64,000 nucleotides of DNA from Candidatus Bathyarchaeota archaeon (GTDB lineage: Archaea > Thermoproteota > Bathyarchaeia > Bathyarchaeales > Bathycorpusculaceae), in contig CAWHXY010000004.1 of assembly GCA_963833575.1 (NCBI GenBank), positions 704,001-768,000 on the forward strand, written 5' to 3'. A program made the position numbers and the translations under genes. Shown piece after piece: positions 59,113-64,000 of the stretch. Position 1 is the stretch's first letter. The number at the start of each line of letters is the position of its first letter. The notes under the pieces are model-generated. The model was not told the origin of the DNA and ran no database searches. It saw only the letters and a program-made list of their open reading frames with translations.

Positions 59113-60090
59113 ATGAGAACAGAGATTGACGCAATAAACGCCAAAATTCTAAGGGAGTTACTCAAAGATGGACGCAAGAGTTTCGCAGAAATTGCGAAGG
59201 AGAGCAATACTTCAAAAGATGTTATCGCAAAACGTTACAGACAAATGAAAGATAAAGGAATCATAGTTGGGGCTACGATACAGAATAGCCCTGCTTGTTA
59301 TGGGGGTAACTTTGTTGCGGGTTTCTACGTCTTCACTCAACCAAACAAGGCGGAGTTTGTACTGCAACTAGCCAAAAAAATACCTCAAGCAATTGACGTT
59401 TTTCGTTTGAGTATTAACCCAAGTTTGGCAGTCATGGCAATTATGAAAAGCATAAGTGAATTGGACCAGATCAAACAAGTAATAAAGACTATGCCTTATG
59501 TTGTGGATGTAGATACAAGACTGTATACAGAAATAAAAAATAATCCAGACAATTTATCGATATTAATGGAAGAGAGCGGCAAAAAAAATGATAACGAAAT
59601 TGTGAAAAAGAAAACGCTGAAAATAGTTGATATTAAAATTGACAAAATTGACTCTCAAATAATTGAAAAACTTGCAACAAACTCTCGTTCGCCCTTTAAA
59701 CAAATCGCTTTAGAGCTGAAGGTCTCAACTGACACAGTTATAAGAAGGTATGAAAGACTAAAGAAAAATGGAGAAATTAGAGCGATAATACAGATAAACC
59801 CCACAAAAATAGGCTATTATGCGTTCGCTGTTTTCAATTTGTCCTTCATTTCCCAAGATAATTGGCCTGAAAAGATGGAGGCTCTTGCCAAGATTCCAGA
59901 TATCAATTTCATATTTAAGACAACTGGCCAATTTGACTATCTAGCAAGTTTATGGGTAAAAGACATCAATCAATTAGTGGACGTCAAAGAAGAAATTGCC
60001 AGCATGCCGGGCCTATCAAAAATGGAAATAGCTGTAGAAAGAGCACTTAGTGTTTGGCCAATTCCCAGAGAAGTTATATCAACATTTTAG
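59113..60090 (+). CDS. Tandem double-unit Lrp/AsnC regulator
   Basis: Same architecture as 45253 and 46421; ends WPIPREVISTF; divergent from the beta-propeller gene. Confidence 0.88.
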   Translation: MRTEIDAINAKILRELLKDGRKSFAEIAKESNTSKDVIAKRYRQMKDKGIIVGATIQNSPACYGGNFVAGFYVFTQPNKAEFVLQLAKKIPQAIDVFRLSINPSLAVMAIMKSISELDQIKQVIKTMPYVVDVDTRLYTEIKNNPDNLSILMEESGKKNDNEIVKKKTLKIVDIKIDKIDSQIIEKLATNSRSPFKQIALELKVSTDTVIRRYERLKKNGEIRAIIQINPTKIGYYAFAVFNLSFISQDNWPEKMEALAKIPDINFIFKTTGQFDYLASLWVKDINQLVDVKEEIASMPGLSKMEIAVERALSVWPIPREVISTF

Positions 60091-60321
60091 TTTATGAACA
60101 AGCTTGACAAATCTTGAAGTAGAGCCAAAACAACTCAGTAGCTTCAGTTTAGGCTAAAGCAAATACCAAAGACCAAATCATCATGTTTTTTTACCATGGG
60201 TATCTTCAAATTAATCAAAATTGAGTAATAAAATCTGCAAAGTGTAAGCTCAGAATACGAATTGCGACTTTAAGAAGAAAGAAAACACTTTAGAAAAACG
60301 AGTAATGAATTATTATCATTA

Positions 60322-60618
60322 TTAACCCATAATAGTTGGGTTAACATTTTCTTCATTGATATGATGCATAACATGGATCGCCAAACCCGTCGCTGCACCA
60401 GCAGAAAGCCCAATTAGCAGATTGTTAAGCCATCCGAGTTGTCCAACCAGACCTAATACAACTAGCGCATCAAAAACTAGTGCAACTGCCAAATAACCCA
60501 CGCACCACATCTTAACGCTCATTCCCCGCGGCTTTTCAATGCCAATACCGCCCAAGACACCGATCATTATTATAAAGCCAATTAATGCAAAAATCCAATC
60601 GTAACTCAAGCTTTTCAC
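60322..60618 (-). CDS. Small 3-TM membrane protein
   Basis: Hydrophobic 98-aa ORF with GTG start. Confidence 0.6.
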   Translation of the reverse strand: MKSLSYDWIFALIGFIIMIGVLGGIGIEKPRGMSVKMWCVGYLAVALVFDALVVLGLVGQLGWLNNLLIGLSAGAATGLAIHVMHHINEENVNPTIMG

Positions 60619-60759
60619 CTGTTTGTCTGGCTAAGTTGATTTAGAGCTTAATTAGTTTATCGAATACAAGTGCCAATTAAAGATGGATTGTAATTTACAC
60701 AGGCACATATAGTTAACCTTTTTTACCTTCAACTATGTCTCTTAACCATCTCCTAGGAT

Positions 60760-62853
60760 GTGGATACGTTAACAAAATTCGACGCAAGACATTGTCACAA
60801 ATGGGCTCAACTTTTACTTGCAAGACAACAAAAACTCAATCAAGCCTTAACGGCCATAACAGAAAATGACTTTGATTTGGCAAAGCGTTTGTTTTCTCAA
60901 ATCTTTAATGGAGTTAGCGGCGGCAAACAAGCCGACCCAGGTATGGCTGGATCGCTTTTATATCATATGGCTATGGTTACAAAAATGGAGTCTGAAACAC
61001 GCACGCTACTTGAAGAGTTGCAAGTAGACTTACCTGACATTGCCACCAAAGTTAACAACATTTATAGCGACTTTGAATCTGATGCCAAAGAACTAACCAA
61101 AGAAATTATTCCTTTTAGCTTTTTCCCTAAAGAAATAAGCTCAAGTCCACACCTTGGAACAAGCGAAAAAATTAATCTTTTCAAAAACCTAAGTAAAGAA
61201 AACAAAAAAGTTCAAAGCCTTTTAACTGCAAAGAACCCAGAGGCATCTGAAGAATTAAGAAAACTATTTCGTGATTGGTCTGAACAAATCGTGCGGATGC
61301 GTTTAATTCAGGAATACGAGACAATCAAGGGTTTGCTAGTAATGACGGAACTTGCGAAACACATAGACTTGGCAACTCTTGAGAATGCAATGCAAAGGGT
61401 GCAGGACAAATTCGGCCAAGAAACAGTGAATATCGCTCTTGATGTAACATTAAAGGTTGGAATGCGAAGAGAAAAACTGCAGTCAATTATGTTAAGCGAT
61501 CACTTCATCAACTACACCATGTCTACCGACACGTTAGATGGACACATGGAGTTCTTGAATTGTCCAATCTTTGGAAGCCACAAATACGTCAATGAAAAAT
61601 ATGATTTAAGCCCTCAAGTGTCTTCTTTGTTTTGTACCCATTTTTGTTTTGCTCATGCCAAAGCAATGCTGTACACTGTGCTTCCGTTCCCATTTACACT
61701 TTGGCAACCTAAACTAATAGCGACACATGGGAACTGCGAATATTACCTAAAACTCGCCCACTCACCAGCGGCAAAGACTTCTGAACGGTTTGTTCCCCTT
61801 GTCATGTCATGGAACGTTACTCGCGAATGCAACATGAAATGCTCACACTGCTACATTAATGCTACAGAGAAAAAACTTAATAATGAATTGACAACTCAAG
61901 AAGCAAAAAGCCTTATGGATCAAATTCACCAAGTTAGCACCCCGCTTCTCATACTTAGTGGGGGTGAACCTCTTTTGCGCCCAGACATTTTTGAACTAAT
62001 AAGTTACGGTGCAAAGATAGGTTTAAAGATGGGACTAGGAAGCAACGGAAGTCTCATCGATGAGTCAGTGGCAAGAAAACTTAAGAAAGCAGGTATTGCG
62101 ACTGTTTCCATCAGCTTGGATTCTAATATTGCAGCCCAGCATGATGAGTTTAGAGGAGTAACTGGAGCTTGGGAAAAAGCGGTCCAAGCCTGTAAAGCTT
62201 TGAGAAAAAACAATGTCCTTGTTCAAGTCAACACCACATTAACACAGCATAACTACAATCAGATAGACGACATCATGTCACTTGCTGAAGATATAGGCGT
62301 TGAGAACTTCCACCTGTTTTTCCTTGTTCCAACAGGGCGAGGAACCAAATTAACAGATATTTCGCCAGAAAAATACGAAGAAATGATTACAAAAACCTTC
62401 GCAAAAACTGCCAATCATAAGCTAAACGTTAGACCTTCTTGTGCTCCCCAGTTTATGAGGATCGCTAAAGGTATGGGTTTAGATATGAGACAGTGGATTC
62501 GTGGCTGTATAGCGGGACTGTATTATTGCCGCATTTACCCAAATGGAGACGTGACACCCTGTCCCTACCTACCGATTAAGCTGGGAAATATTCGGGAAAA
62601 AAGCTTCAAAGAAATTTGGTTTAACTCAAAAGTTTTCAAAGATCTAAGGGAGCCAAATTCGCTTAAAGGGAAATGCGGCATCTGCGATTATCGCTCTTTA
62701 TGTGGTGGCTGCCGAGCTCGCGCTTATGGTCTTTCAAACGACTTCATAGATTACTGCGGAGACTTGCACGAACCTGAAGAGTTAAAAAGCGATTATCTGA
62801 CAGAGGACCCTTGGTGTGTGTATAAACCAAAAAATGCCTCTGAAAAACCATAA
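60760..62853 (+). CDS. Radical SAM/SPASM protein (AhbC/AhbD/NirJ-like) with ~340-aa N-terminal extension
   Basis: WNVTRECNMKCSHCY, LSGGEPLLRPD, SISLD, GCIAG..PCPYL, KGKCGICDY..CGGCRARAY, EDPWC. Confidence 0.88.
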   Translation: MDTLTKFDARHCHKWAQLLLARQQKLNQALTAITENDFDLAKRLFSQIFNGVSGGKQADPGMAGSLLYHMAMVTKMESETRTLLEELQVDLPDIATKVNNIYSDFESDAKELTKEIIPFSFFPKEISSSPHLGTSEKINLFKNLSKENKKVQSLLTAKNPEASEELRKLFRDWSEQIVRMRLIQEYETIKGLLVMTELAKHIDLATLENAMQRVQDKFGQETVNIALDVTLKVGMRREKLQSIMLSDHFINYTMSTDTLDGHMEFLNCPIFGSHKYVNEKYDLSPQVSSLFCTHFCFAHAKAMLYTVLPFPFTLWQPKLIATHGNCEYYLKLAHSPAAKTSERFVPLVMSWNVTRECNMKCSHCYINATEKKLNNELTTQEAKSLMDQIHQVSTPLLILSGGEPLLRPDIFELISYGAKIGLKMGLGSNGSLIDESVARKLKKAGIATVSISLDSNIAAQHDEFRGVTGAWEKAVQACKALRKNNVLVQVNTTLTQHNYNQIDDIMSLAEDIGVENFHLFFLVPTGRGTKLTDISPEKYEEMITKTFAKTANHKLNVRPSCAPQFMRIAKGMGLDMRQWIRGCIAGLYYCRIYPNGDVTPCPYLPIKLGNIREKSFKEIWFNSKVFKDLREPNSLKGKCGICDYRSLCGGCRARAYGLSNDFIDYCGDLHEPEELKSDYLTEDPWCVYKPKNASEKP

Positions 62854-63189
62854 GTTTTGAGATACTAATGAAAAAAAGAGTCAATTAACTAAAGTGTAAT
62901 GACAGAAACTATTTAAGACATGGGTGTCTTTCAAAAACTTTAATTGGCAGTGAAAATGGGTTTGGCAGCCCTTAACGCAGCTATTCAATAACTGTGGACC
63001 GCCAACCAAGAAAATCGATGGCGACGAAAATGATAAGAGTCCACATACTAAAAAACTCAAAAAAGGCTCTTAAGAGAATACCTTTAATTGATCCGTTAAT
63101 AAGAGTTATTCAAACCTTAATTGTTAATTTTCCGGGACTATTTGGACATAATAATTCACTCTTTTCTAAAAGTTAAGGAGGCAACCTGA

Positions 63190-64000
63190 ATCTCAAATGG
63201 GCGCCTTTCAAGAAATTTCTGGGGACTGTTCAAAGAAACATCATTTGCTTATTTTTTTGATATAGCGGGTTTGTTGGCTGGTTTTCTTATTGCGTATCAG
63301 CTTAATGTTTTTAGGCTTTCACCATGGGCTTTAGCTCTTTATCCAACATTGATAAGTACAAGAGTAATTAGCGGTTTACTTACCGGTCGCTTAAGCACTG
63401 GTTTACATCTTGGCACAATTTATCCCAGATTTTCTGGAAACACGAAAAGTTTCCATAAATTAATGCATGCCATAATCGTATTAACCCTAGTCACAAGCCT
63501 GATGGTTAGCGTTATCTCATTACTTTTCGGTTACTTACTTTGGGGGATAACCATAGCTGATTTCTCAGCCATCGTGTCGGTAATGGTTTCGACATTAGCC
63601 ATAGGTTTGCTTTTTTCTTTATTTACTATCAAAGTTGCATTCATTTCTTTCAAGCGAGGATTGGATCCAGACATCGTAGTTTATCCTGTAGTATCTACAG
63701 CAGCAAGCATATTCATTACGCTCTGCTATGTTGGAGTACTAAATCTATTCTTCTTTTTGCCCTATTTCGGTAGGTTAGCTATTCTTGCCATCGGTTTTAC
63801 GCACGTGTTTCTCGTTCTATATTTATTATCAAAAAACAAACAAGATAGTGAATTCCTAAAAACTATTCGCGAATCCTTCATTATGTTAATGGTTGTGGCC
63901 GTATTGGTAACTTTAACCGGAACGATTTTCAAAGGAATAAGCAAATTTGCCTTAGACCGTAAAGAAATTTACACCATTTATCCTGCATTAATTAATTTAG
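63190..64000 (+). CDS. MgtE/SLC41-type divalent cation transporter (3' partial, start unclear)
   Basis: Open frame absent from the ORF track: ALYP..GRLSTGLHLG..GLDPDIVVYP; runs off the window. Confidence 0.85.
   Translation, partial: MSNGRLSRNFWGLFKETSFAYFFDIAGLLAGFLIAYQLNVFRLSPWALALYPTLISTRVISGLLTGRLSTGLHLGTIYPRFSGNTKSFHKLMHAIIVLTLVTSLMVSVISLLFGYLLWGITIADFSAIVSVMVSTLAIGLLFSLFTIKVAFISFKRGLDPDIVVYPVVSTAASIFITLCYVGVLNLFFFLPYFGRLAILAIGFTHVFLVLYLLSKNKQDSEFLKTIRESFIMLMVVAVLVTLTGTIFKGISKFALDRKEIYTIYPALINL

Noticed and set aside
45253-60090. Lrp-like proteins as siroheme decarboxylase AhbA/AhbB (NirDLGH), given the nearby Ahb-like radical SAM gene
   Set aside because: The HxYxR catalytic motif is absent, ordinary RAM GxYD/GxFD motifs are present, and the genes track with the surface-protein loci.
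40822-60100. Integrated provirus or island at tRNA-Ser, or a diversity-generating retroelement acting on the surface genes
   Set aside because: No integrase, no duplicated tRNA 3' end, no reverse transcriptase, and no TR/VR pair with adenine-specific differences were seen.
1464-63944. Numerous short antisense or overlapping ORFs in the track (e.g. 7417-7692, 18904-19380, 23816-24418, 27201-27638, 34081-34554, 47616-47798, 54261-54659, 62994-63176)
   Set aside because: They are shadows of well-supported genes or of the repeat element, or lack any motif or start context.

Overview
Archaeal chromosome window, most consistent with a TACK-lineage archaeon such as Bathyarchaeia (inferred from rps26e, alba, class I LysRS, cofD, fae-hps and PQQ-like surface proteins). 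About 1-40 kb is mostly housekeeping: translation and transcription genes, the rpl3-rpl4-rpl23-rpl2-rps19 operon, transporters, two tRNAs and a decayed tRNA-Arg in a small islet. From about 40.3 to 60.1 kb lies an accessory region around and after an intron-containing tRNA-Ser(CGA). It is built from repeated modules: a ~120-bp structured non-coding element, then a minus-strand secreted beta-propeller surface-protein slot, then divergent gene(s), usually Lrp/AsnC regulators. Four element copies are visible: three near-identical and one diverged with compensatory base changes. The four slots are in four states: internally deleted scar, intact, empty, and frameshifted by an extra CA in a (CA)n tract at the end of the signal peptide. 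This is the best candidate for an undescribed surface-variation or regulatory system. Also notable: a triad of covarying hairpins between rpl3 and tRNA-Ser, an acn-icd-aclB-aclA operon, an HTH-Fae-Hps fusion, a beta-propeller/GT-C fusion, and a radical SAM/SPASM enzyme with a large Cys-containing N-terminal extension. No CRISPR array, integrase, transposase or reverse transcriptase was seen. All calls are by eye; no searches were run.
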